DNA of 55,228 bases, filler included, from Circinaria calcarea (taxonomy: Eukaryota): NCBI GenBank assembly GCA_051942165.1. It is 3 parts of 3 records of this genome, joined end to end, with 100 filler letters (N's around TTAATTAATTAA, not from the genome) between each part and the next. Parts side by side here need not be neighbours in the genome. Positions count along the whole stretch, not along the records: positions 1 to 18,356 come from JAVECS010000236.1; 2 more parts are not named here. The stretch is one strand, 5' to 3'. Both the position numbers and the translations under genes were made by a program. Position 1 is the first letter of the stretch. Each line of letters begins with the position of its first letter. Below the pieces are notes generated by a model, which was not told where the DNA came from, ran no database searches, and saw only the letters and a list, made by a program, of their open reading frames with translations. Positions 1-10,556 of the stretch are shown piece by piece.

Positions 1-700
1 GTCCCGTCCCGTCCCCATCCCATCCCATCCCATCATCCACTCTCATCAAACCCATCATTTCGTTTTCACAAAATTTTCCCACAAATCCTCATCCTCGGCC
101 GTCCGTCCGTCCGCCCGTCGAATAAACCTTCTCCTTCCCAGCCCTAACCCCAACCCTAACCCCTACTTGCTTGCTTGCTTTCCATCCAAATGGTTTCGAT
201 TCCGTCCCGTCGAACCAACTCCGAGTCCTACTCCTGGACTCCATGGGTATGGGTATGGGTATGTGGTACAGGTACAGGTATGGCTACATGGTCGGGGCCA
301 TTCAAACTATTCTAATTCTAATTCTATTCTGTTCTGTTTCAGATTCAGGTTCGAGGGATAAGAGATCCAATCCAATCCGGATCAGGGTAGGGTAAGGTAA
401 GGCAAAACAGCTCAAACGGGTCAAACGGGTCCAAGGTAGTCAAGAGGGAGGGGGTTTCGGGCTCCAAACCGAGGCATTGGCAAGACTATGGGGGGGGAAG
501 GGGAATTCGAAACTTTTTCTTATTGGGAAAGTTGGCGAAACGGTAAGGGCCCGGTAGGGTTTATTTGGGGACCTGGCAAAAGACTCTCGCCGGTGGAAAT
601 GGGGACATTGGGAAAGGAGGGGGGGGCTGGGGCCGGCAAATAGAATTGCAAATGACATAATATGATAAATATGACATGACATGATAGCGTTATCTGAAGG
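1..700. repeat. Low-complexity microsatellite mosaic
   Basis: Adjacent short tandem units: CCCGT, CCATC, CCGT, CCCTAA-like (142-165), TTGC, GGGTAT, CAGGTA, TTCTAA, GGGTA/GGTAA, CAAACGGGT, ATGAC. ORFs here translate to repetitive nonsense. Confidence 0.85.
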
Positions 701-952
701 CATTACCTAGTCCATTCAGTTGGGTAATCACCCATGGAAAGGTGCACGTCTTTGCCGGGTTGGGATTTTTTTTTTTTTTTCCCCCCATTCAAAAAGAGCA
801 GCATCGATTATAGAGAAACAACCCGGTTGAGTTATAGATAGGCTAGTTGTAATACAAATTTGAGCTGCTCTGCAGAGCGTCACTTACTTTGCCAACAGCT
901 AGTATACTTTGCAAAGAAGTGTTTCGTCCTTTGACGCGCACAGGGATGCTTT

Positions 953-2091
953 TCACCCCAGTTTCGGAAAGAACATCGGCGTGTTCTTCTTCCACTCCTG
1001 ATAGTCCTTTCGATCTCCGTACCTTTTGTCATATTTGTTCTCACTTAGAGGTACCCCAGACACCTAAACGTTGTAAGCGTTATCCGGTCCTTCTGGCACA
1101 TTCTATCATTGGTGCGGTCTGAGCGAGAAGCAGTACTTACCTTCAACAACAAGAATGATACGAATGCAGGGCTAACCGCAGCCATCGCACATGCCAACGC
1201 CCGTCCTCCAATTCCACCCGCAAGACCCATACCCACCTGTCCGACGTTGCTGACCAGCACTCCACCAGCCATGGTAGCAATTCCCGTCCATAAAGTAGCC
1301 TCTCCAAAATAGTTCGGATGCCTACTCTTCGACCAAAGTCCACCCGTCAGAAACTCTTCGCTGTGTCTCTTCGCCTTCTTGTCTTCCACCCATTTGCTCT
1401 TCTGTCTGTCAGCGATGACTTCGAAGCTGATGCCGCCAGTATAGAGGAGTAAACCGAGGATGTCGGTCAGAAGTAACGGTGTGCTGAGCAAGGCTGCGGG
1501 GAGGGAGTTGATGGCTAACACCGGGAGCAGGCACAGGGAAACCCATGTCGCTTGGGCGAAAAACATGCCCAACATCTTAGACGGAGATTTCCGGATATCA
1601 TCAAAGCGGGAATCATGACCGTCGGCGGAGATGCGGGCAAAGAGGTAGGTACCCACTGTACGAGATCAGCCATGACATCTTCACATATAAAGTACGACAC
1701 CATGAAGCACATGGCGTAAAGGCACAAGGGGAGACTGACACCTGGTGGCCCAAATGCTGACAGCAGCACTTAACACGACCTGCCTCCAATTCAGCCCACA
1801 GCCCGCTCGACCCATCAAAGCCCCAACCAGACTCGGCCATGCGGGTTTGGTTGTGCCGGCAAGACTGGCAGCATATCGGGCGCGAAGGGTAGGCAAATAC
1901 AGCGACAAGGCAGTGCACGATAAGTAAGTGAGTGAACCCGAAAGGTCGTAAAACTTCTCGGACTGGGCAAGAATCGAGGGGACGGCAATCAAGCCCTGGA
2001 GGCCGTAGGCAAGAGAGATGGACGGGATGAGGGTGCGGAGGAATGGAGAGGAGAAGTTGGTCGCGTGCAGGAGGTTAGAAAGGATAGTCAT
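953..2091 (-). CDS. DUF1295 / steroid 5-alpha-reductase-like membrane protein (3 exons)
   Basis: Exons 2091-1740, 1655-1141, 1063-953 with GT-AG introns. Motifs EKFYDLSGSLTY, LFARISADGHDSRFD, ADRQK, GLWSKSRHPNYFGE, VSGVPLSE..YDKRYG..DYQEWKKNTP. Confidence 0.88.
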
Positions 2092-2969
2092 TGCTGCGGT
2101 ATCACATTGATAATAGCTAGTTGTACTGGTGGGAGTAAAGGTTTTATATAGCCATTGGATCTCTTGTGGTGTTACTTCAGGTGCTCTTTGGTATGTACTG
2201 TACCTTAGCATGTGGTCCAAGGTACCATGGGATTCTCAAAGATGCTATGATGACATTGTGCATTGACTTTCCAGGCAGCAAAAGCGGTACCACGGATCCT
2301 GGAGATTTCCGACCTCCGTATCACCTTTAGCTCTACGCCTACAAGCCCCCTTTCGACTCCAAAACCTTCAACCGAGTCCATTGGCCCTACGAAGGTGTGG
2401 ACACATTGCTGGCCTGATAAAATCCCTCTTAGCATTTTCAAAGGGTTTATTATCCATTCTTTCTAGCTAGAGCGTGCAAAACAGACACAGCGGACACCAA
2501 AAGAAGCGCAACCGGCGTGCACTTGCGATAAGATCCCCCCCTTTCCACCCAATCCCTCTCTTTGCCTTCTCTGTCCAAGACATAGCACCATCTAACGTTC
2601 CTGATAGAGCGTACAATCTTCACCTCATAGCAGGTCTGCCCTCGGAGCATACTAAGATCAAAATTCCAGTAGAGGTAGGAATCACTTTCCCGAGCCATTT
2701 TCAACGTCCAAGCCACAGAATTTCATCCCTATGGATGAGGTGCCTAGCAGCAGTTGACGGATGGGCGTCTTCTGGATCTTAGGTTTGGCACACCTCCTGG
2801 AGGGAATTTTTCCAAGCCTTCAGGCTTTACCAGCGGCAGACGCATTCGAGCAGGACGAAGAAGCAGAGGAGCCTCTCATACGGTCATGGCGACGTTGTCG
2901 TTGTTGACCATATCTTGTTATTTAGGTGCACACGTGGCTTGATTGCTGCCAACATCAAAACTGGTTGAA

Positions 2970-4475
2970 TCACCTCATCTTGGACGCTTCATGATGTACA
3001 AGAGAGCGCCGTCCAGCTGTTCCAAAGACACTATTCCAGTACTTTGTAACCTGACTGCAAATATCATGTCTCTCGTTCCAGCTTCGGAACGCATGTTCAA
3101 GTTCACAACCTGTCCATTTAATCTCTTCCCAAAAGTGCATTTCAAGGTCCATACCAAGGGCTTCGATTGTTTCGCTCGGGACTGTCCATGCCCGGCGGTC
3201 GTTTCCATTGGGATCCTTAGTTGGTCCTCCCTCATGGAAGATCGTGGATGGGTTGAACTTGGGGAAGTTTGCATGTATGAAGAATGCTCGTGGGGACTCG
3301 GCCACCGAAAGATCTTTGACCCGCCATAAGCCCTGCTTCGTCAAATTATAATCTTCCCTTGGATCGTATTGCACCATTGCAGATCCTTTTGTTCCACCAT
3401 CTTCTTTCGGGGCACCAATTGGTCGGACCCTCTCACTAGTGGCATAATATGTTTCATTCAATGCGTCAGCCGCAGCCGCAAATGTCTCTTTATCGCCTTC
3501 ACCGGGTGCACCTTGAGATTGGAGGATGTAAAAGTGACTAGGTCCATAGTAATTGTAGTAAGCTGCTAGGAGAAGGGATTGATGATGCGATTTCTTGGAG
3601 ACGACTATTTCACCGGTTTCCGAAGATTGCCGCCTCGAGACTGGTGGTACAGGTTGACCCGAGATGTTGTAGTATAATGGGGACGCTGTTGAGATCCAAA
3701 AATCCGGCCACAGGACCATTCCGTGTGAGATGAAAGGCTCAGAGGTGAACAGTTCTTCCGGATCATGTATTGGAAAGCTGTCGGCATCTAGAAACAAGAT
3801 CTCCTCGAATGAAGAAAAGAGCATTGCGAACGGCTTCAACTGGTAGTGGGCAATAGTGACCGACCCTGGAACCGCATCAAGGATATCAGATATGATAAGA
3901 CATCGAGCATTCAGTGATGGGAGGATGTCTCTGCAGACCCTTCCTTCGTACTCGGAAGTTGAAGAGAGGAATACCTCGACAGGTAAGGTCGATCCGGTAC
4001 GCCGAAGCATCCGTAGGGAGATGACCAGGACGGGTAAGTAAGCGCCTCCCGCGGTGGTGACCACTCCTCGAGTACCGGGAGCGTACGACAGCTTGGGAGC
4101 ATTGGCCTTGATGCTATCGACAAAGTATACGTGAGCGGCTCGCATCAATTCCACATCTTCGTCTGGCATGAATGTGATGTCCGGGCGGGAGAGCTCTTTG
4201 GTCGCCTCGAAGCCAACGGCCCCTGCGGTTCCATTCCGAACAGGAGACGGACAATCAGGCTTACTCAAAGATAAGAGGGCTTGGAACGAGCGCCAAAAGT
4301 CGATCTGAGTTCGTATGCTTGGCACCCCAATGGCAGTCTGGCTTTGAGTACTGCTCCAGACGGGCTTGACAGAATCGTCGCGTGAGCGGAGACTGAAGTA
4401 GGAAATGCTGGCGATGATGAGTAACGCCAGTAATGCCGATTTGACGCTAATTGATGGTTTATGGCCTAGAAGCAT
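2970..4475 (-). CDS. Alpha-1,2-mannosyltransferase, GT71 (Mnn2/Mnn5-like), single exon
   Basis: N-terminal signal anchor; RGVVTTAGG, SLRMLRRTGSTLPVEVF, AMLFSSFEEILFLDAD (DxD), LWPDFW, SETGE, GAPGEGDKETF. First ATG at 4475. Confidence 0.9.
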   Translation of the reverse strand: MLLGHKPSISVKSALLALLIIASISYFSLRSRDDSVKPVWSSTQSQTAIGVPSIRTQIDFWRSFQALLSLSKPDCPSPVRNGTAGAVGFEATKELSRPDITFMPDEDVELMRAAHVYFVDSIKANAPKLSYAPGTRGVVTTAGGAYLPVLVISLRMLRRTGSTLPVEVFLSSTSEYEGRVCRDILPSLNARCLIISDILDAVPGSVTIAHYQLKPFAMLFSSFEEILFLDADSFPIHDPEELFTSEPFISHGMVLWPDFWISTASPLYYNISGQPVPPVSRRQSSETGEIVVSKKSHHQSLLLAAYYNYYGPSHFYILQSQGAPGEGDKETFAAAADALNETYYATSERVRPIGAPKEDGGTKGSAMVQYDPREDYNLTKQGLWRVKDLSVAESPRAFFIHANFPKFNPSTIFHEGGPTKDPNGNDRRAWTVPSETIEALGMDLEMHFWEEIKWTGCELEHAFRSWNERHDICSQVTKYWNSVFGTAGRRSLVHHEASKMR

Positions 4476-5141
4476 AGCGACCACCGAGTACGTTGAAGGT
4501 GACTGAATGAGTTAACAAGTAGCCTCTCTATCACGGCCCCATTGATTGTTTTGACAACAGGTTGAAAGAATACTAAGCCTGCCCCTGGAACTATTTCATA
4601 AGCTTTTGGCGAGGCCCCTAGCTTAAAGTAATCACTAGCTTCCGCTTTTTACCGTCCTCGACACCTGACTAGCCAATCATCGCAGAGGACTTCCAATTCA
4701 CCCCCCCTTAAAAAAAATGAGCGACAGTCCTCCACCTGATAGATTCTTTACGGACGGCTACGGAATCACTGATAGAAGCTCATCCTCGGATTCGAGGGTA
4801 GGGCAAGTCAAAGAGCGACAGCGAGAGACTACGGAGTCACTGTGTAGCTTGCCAAAAATTTCGAAAACAGGTAGCACAAGTCGGGTCTATCTACAAAGTT
4901 CAATTCAAAAACTACCAGAAGAAGATTCGTGACCTAGGCAGTCTTAAACGCAGCCCATCAAGCTCCAGCTCTTAGCTCGCGTAGAATCTGGCCATGTGAT
5001 CGAGCGTCCTATTTTGCCTTTCCTTCTGCGGACTACCTTACAGTTCGAATTGTGTAGCTCTTCTATACATGGAAAACTGGTAGGAGTTTGGACCAATGGA
5101 CCTGACCTCTGGCATCTCGACGATCCAACCAAGTAAATCCC

Positions 5142-6823
5142 TCAAAAGTGGTTGGTCACTGCCGAGAGCAGGTTAATACCTTTCGAAACCGCGTTGTCCG
5201 GATAAACGTAGAAGGCAAGGGCAATGATGGCATATGTCCCAATCAGCATAGCCCCTTCCAAGTAATTCGACTTTCCGTCTTGGATCAAATCTGAATGGGG
5301 AGTTTAGCATGTAGGTCCGATTACCCGTGAGGGGTGCGCTTACAGTTGACCACCAGTACGCTCAAAAAGAACACTACGGTCTCGAAGGTTTCGAAATGCA
5401 GCGTCATTGGCTGGCCGATGATCCAGCCCAATATGACGAGAAACGGAGTAACGAGAAGCGCGATTTGCATACCTGCGCGAAAGTCAGTGATGATTGCTCC
5501 AGTGGCGGTCCAGCTGATGAAGTAAGTGCTTACTGCTTCCAATCGCAACCCCAATTGCCAAGTCCATTTTATCCTTCACAGAAACTACTATAGCCGTGAC
5601 ATGCTCCGCCGCATTTCCTACGATAGGCAGTAAAATGAGACCGATAAAAGTTTTGCTGATGTGGGCGGTTTGCACAATGGAATCGATACTGTCTACCAGA
5701 AATTCGGCGCACACGGCAACAGCAATTGTGATCACAACGAGTGCCACACCGGCGGCCCAAGGCCCGAGGACCTTGGCCTCTTCTGGTGGTTTGCGATGGC
5801 CTTCATCTGTGTTTTCCTCCTCGTCAAACAAGCTGGCGTGGGTCTTCAGCTGGAAGTAAAGGTAGAGAATGTAGAGAAAGAGCATGATGACAGCCGTGCC
5901 ATGAGAGAGAACGAGTATGTTGCCGTCTGCCTCATCTTTCCCTGCGGCATGCGTCGATCTGTCCATTACCCCGTAGAGGGTTGCAGGAATGATTAGACAC
6001 GCGGAAGCGACTGCCATGAGCGAAGACATCGTGGACGCTACAGTTTCGTTGAAATGCTGCTCATGGTATTTGATCCCTCCTGCGAAAAAGCAGCAGCCCA
6101 AGACGAGTAAGATATTCGACAGAATGGATCCAAGCATGCTGGATTGAACGATCCGAATTTCGCCATTCTTCAAAGCGACAATACTGATCTATTTCGTTCG
6201 TCAGCTTGGGCCGGGGGTTTTCCTACCGTACTACTGACTATCAGCTCCACTGCATTTCCAAATGTCGCATTCAGCAATCCTCCTAGAGTCTGACCAAGCT
6301 TGACTGACAGCTCCTCGGTAGCAAAACTTAGCAAAGACGCCAAAGGTATGATGGCCAAAAAGTTTAGCACGAAGATCCACGTTGGACTCCAGTGTAGAGC
6401 ACCGGCGATGATGCCCAAGGGAACGAAGACTAAGAGGACGTTGACATAGTTGCTTGCCAGTGTCGCGTAGGTGAGATGGGCGGCCGTGGCCGGCCAGCGG
6501 ACCCAGGGTCTCTCGTCATGGTACAGGACGTCTCCGTTGGGCTTGCGCAAAGGATGGGTCAGGTGCGAAAGGAGAGAGGTGTGCTCGGTGACATCCCCGT
6601 TCTCGGTGGGCATATTGTTGTTGGTAGTGGACTGATAGAGACTACCGGAAGCGTGGCGCCTAACTTGTTTCCTTATGGCAGCTATATGCAAACTCGGGGC
6701 ATTGATCAGCTTAAACACTCGGACGGATATGCGCGCATCGCCGGTTTGTCGTGACAGCTGCAGGGACTTCTGCAAACGACGGTGGGAGACAAAGGAATCG
6801 TCAACGAAGGAGTACTCACCCAT
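5142..6823 (-). CDS. VCX1: Vacuolar Ca2+/H+ exchanger
   Basis: [55 protein letters not shown]. Probable start ATG-G at 6823-6820 followed by intron 6819-6682 (alternative ATG 6613). Three further GT-AG introns; stop TGA at 5144-5142. Confidence 0.92.
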
Positions 6824-7225
6824 TATTAACCCAAGATCGCCTAAGATCACCTGCCGAGCAATTGGGAGATTGACTGGGAATGGGATTCGGGAGGATAAAG
6901 TAATAAAGTACCTTTAGCGGAGAGCACCAAGCTCTTTGGGTCACAGTAGTAGAGTTCCCAGTGTTTTGCGGTGGTTGGGTTAGGGTCCCGCTGCCCGAAT
7001 TCGATCGCTCCTCTCTGAACAGACAAGGCGCGACTGCTCGTCTCTTCGAGCGCAATGAATGAGTGACGCGGAACGTCGATATGAGCCACCTGAGAAAACG
7101 TATGTCAGATGAAGAGTCCTGTTGTCATCCTTGTTCGCTGCCCAATTCATCGTGCAGAATATCCGAATGCTCGATCTGTTCGACAGTTATGCTCGAGCAA
7201 TTGGTCGGCAACTGAGCCTGACGAC

Positions 7226-7252
7226 GCCAAGCATCTTGGCAATGGGGCTGTG
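7226..7252. promoter_or_regulatory. Candidate PacC (GCCARG x2, inverted) and CrzA/Crz1 (GGGGCTGTG) sites upstream of VCX1
   Basis: GCCAAG (7226-7231), cat, CTTGGC (7235-7240), then GGGGCTGTG (7244-7252); another GCCAAG near 7453. Short motifs, supported only by context. Confidence 0.4.
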
Positions 7253-7711
7253 CAAAACGTAGGTCGCTTTGGGCGTCTCAACCGAGGGTGGTTGGTTGTG
7301 ATTTGGGTCGGATGAATTACACTTAACAAATCGCACGAGGTTGGTAAGATATCGGGCACCATTTCCGTGCTACTCGTACTATGAGCGAACAGGAAGAACC
7401 ATCTACCGAGGGAATGGAGATTACGGCTGAATGGATGGGAAAAGCGGGAGGAGCCAAGATACAGTTACGATGTTAGCCTATACAATATCACATGATGGAG
7501 CTCAAGGTCCAAGAGCTTCAACAACCCACATGAATCAAACAATCAATGACATTCATAGGTACAATTGACCCTACCCGTATTTACAGTCAGGCCTCGAATC
7601 TCTACCACCCACACCGGACCCTCTCCGCTACCCTATCTTCCACTCCCTATATAGACATCTTCCCGGCCATCCAAAAAACTACTATATACGCGATCTCTGC
7701 ACGCTGTTCGG

Positions 7712-10556
7712 TCAAGCCCCTCCCAAACCTATTGCCCGGTCAGCGTCCTCAATGTTCAATCTTAGATGACTTTTAACATACCTGCAGCGTACGCTAGATA
7801 CCAAGTACGGCTAGCGCCTCCATCCAGCCAGCTGGAGTCAAAGTTGGCTTGGTTGAAGAAGTTGAACGAAGCCCTCGGGTCGATAATGGCGAGATTTGCA
7901 TAGAGAATGCCTTTCCAGCCACCGGCGACATTCCTCGCTGCGGCGACGGCATTGTCTGCAAAGTATGTGTTCCATTCTTCCGTGACGAATTGCTTCGTAC
8001 GTGTCAAGGCTGAACTCGGGTTAAGGGGGATCATGTGGATGCTTGAATGCGTCAGCAAAGAATCCGGTTGAAAGGAGAGGCCTCGGGGACGCACCCCTGG
8101 ACATATTCGAAATTACCGCCAAAATAGGTTGTGTGGTCTATCTTGTTCTCAAACAGCTAACATCTGTAAGCCATTTGCGTATAAAGTAAAGGAGTGGTGC
8201 CGCCTTACGATGCCTGTCACTTTGTTGCCAATGAAGTTGGCCGGTTGGTTGACATTGTCGCTTTGCAAAAGGTGGTAGTTCTGCAAACTTCTTGCTACGA
8301 CCGAGAGCATCAGGTTCCCTCTGGCTTCCATTGAAGCGTCGCCAATTACACGGCCCCACATCTTCATACTGTAGGCAAACATAGCATCCTCTGATGATGA
8401 CTCCTCGTCCTTCGAATCGCCGGAATCGAACAGACCCTTTGCCCAGGAGTGTCCATGGTACCAATCAAACGACCTAGAGACCGGAAAGTAATTATCCTGA
8501 GTACTGGGGTTCGCAACGTCTCGGACTAGCGTATTAACCCAGTCCCGGTTTTGATTCAACCAAGACGGATCAAGATACGCTATGATGGCAGCTGCGTGGA
8601 TGAAATAGCCGTAATGGAAGTGATGGTCATTGTAGAAGGAGTTGCCGAAGTCAGCACCGGAATCACCGTTAGCATATGAAGCAGTAGATACCACTCCTTT
8701 CCACGCCGTGTCGTAAACCAACGGAAAGATCTGTTGGTTAGTAGCAAAACGAGCGAAAGCGACCTTGAGCTGCGCAAGCCCTTGACTCGCCAGGTTAGGC
8801 TGGTTTGCAAGGTCGCGAAGTGTGTATACTATTGTCGCAAACTTGCTAAGGGCCTTTCCACTGTAGTACATACTATTAAGGTTGGATTGGGCGCCCATAT
8901 CCTGCTTCACCTCGCTAGATCCTGCATTCGTAATCGCCGACATTGCGGCTGGTGATAAGCTGTTTGCGCTTCTGGATGATGGAGTCCAGGGTGCAAAGCC
9001 CATGTCCGTAGGAAGGGAGGACTCGACGAGGGTCCAGCTATCTCCAACTACCGCCGTTGCCATACCTTTCGTTGTTGTCTGGAGCTTAATGGACGTCACA
9101 GCAGATCTGGTGCCGCTGTCGAATGACTGCACGTGATGGGGTAGAGCAAACATGATGAGCGGAGCACTTGTCACTCCAGCTTTGTTCCAAGAAATGGCGT
9201 ACGTGCCAGTTGCTCCGTTGACTGAGCCAGAGACGCGCGCCGTCGTAGCGTATACCCCAGCTGACCTGTCAAAGGTGGACTCGCCTGAGGATCCGGAAGG
9301 ATTTTTCGCAACCTGGATGGTACCAGACCAACCGGTGGGACCCCTCAGAAGAGTGTTCGTCGCGAGACTTAATCTGGGATCCTGCCCATTCCTAGGCGTG
9401 GCATACAGCAACCAGGCTGAATTGTCTTCCAGTGTAATAGTATACTTGAACACACCCGTACGTGGAGATCCTCCCGATACGACATTTCGAAAAAATACAC
9501 TGCTCTGAATAGCTGGCTGTAAGTTGGTATAGATGCCGGTCACGAAACCCATGCCCTGAACAAGGGGAAACTTGATACTTGAGCCGGAGCCTGCCTGAGG
9601 CTGCAAGTTTGCATTGACAGAGGAAGCTTCATGCGTATCCGTAGTGAGCACGGTAGAAGAGCCTAGTTCAACCGCTGATAGAATGAGTGATTGAATGCCC
9701 AGGGGATTGATGAAATATGAAACCGGAGATCCAGGGATCCGAGTGTTCGGGGGACCATATGCTCGCTGCTCCGCATTGACTTGAAAAACACTGAGACCCC
9801 AGCTCTGCGCGTTACCACTACCATGACTCCACGAAACCGAATATGGATGGGTCCACACGCCGTTTGTCTGTCCACCCAAAAAGAGATTTGCATAGAACTT
9901 ATTGGTTTGTAGAGGTCTACTTTGGGGTGCCTAGTGAAGAGACGTCAGTAAAGAAGCTACACGCCGTGAAATCTGACCTACAATCCCTTTTCTTGGAGCA
10001 GGATGATCCCCACGTGACTGTATCTGATTTGGCGGTGGGCCTGTGCCGACGGGCTGAAACGCGTCGACAGGTCCCTCGGCGCCAGCTACGAGCACCTGAG
10101 GTTTGCTGATGGCAGAGGCAGTAATGGATGGCATTGCAACCTCAGGAGTAAAGCGCGCTGTGGGCGAGGTAACGGTCGTGGTCGCGAAGGGTTGCGAAGC
10201 TGGATTTCCTTCGGTCTCAAGACTGGTTGGTATACTCTGCAGAAGACTCATTAGACTTTTTGTGCCATGAGCGCCCTCGAGGCTTCCGATACAATAAGCC
10301 CACGAATTTGGGCAGGGGTACTTACTCCGATCGTGCCAGGCGGGAGGTTGGTTGACGTATGAGGTACTTGGGTAGTGCTAATAGCTGTCGGTGGAACGGA
10401 GGAGGTAATATCCGACGTCAAGCTCGCAGAACGGGCCACGACGTGGTTCTGCGGTAAGGCGAAGGCAGAGACGCCCTGAAAGGACATCAGTATCAATAAG
10501 CTATCCGTTAAGGATACATGTTTAGATGCCATAGCCAGCCGTAAAGAATAGAACAT
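7712..10556 (-). CDS. Endo-1,3(4)-beta-glucanase, GH81 (Eng1/Acf2-like), with signal peptide and Ser/Thr-rich N-terminus
   Basis: PLQTNKFYAN, FPLVQGMGFVTG, SMYYSGKALSK, DFGNSFYNDHHFHYGY, RSFDWYHGHSWAKG, DEESSSED, IHMIP, GGASRTWYLA. Multiple GT-AG introns; last exon GLGGA*. Confidence 0.93.

Noticed and set aside
2246..2420. ATGATGA C-box-like motif
   Set aside because: Nearest CTGA is about 165 nt away and I recognised no rRNA guide.
10251..10556. Apparent overlapping stop/start (TAATG) splitting GH81 into separate ORFs
   Set aside because: Explained by an intron from GTAAGT (10325) through a CTAAT branch point to TGCAG; not translational coupling.
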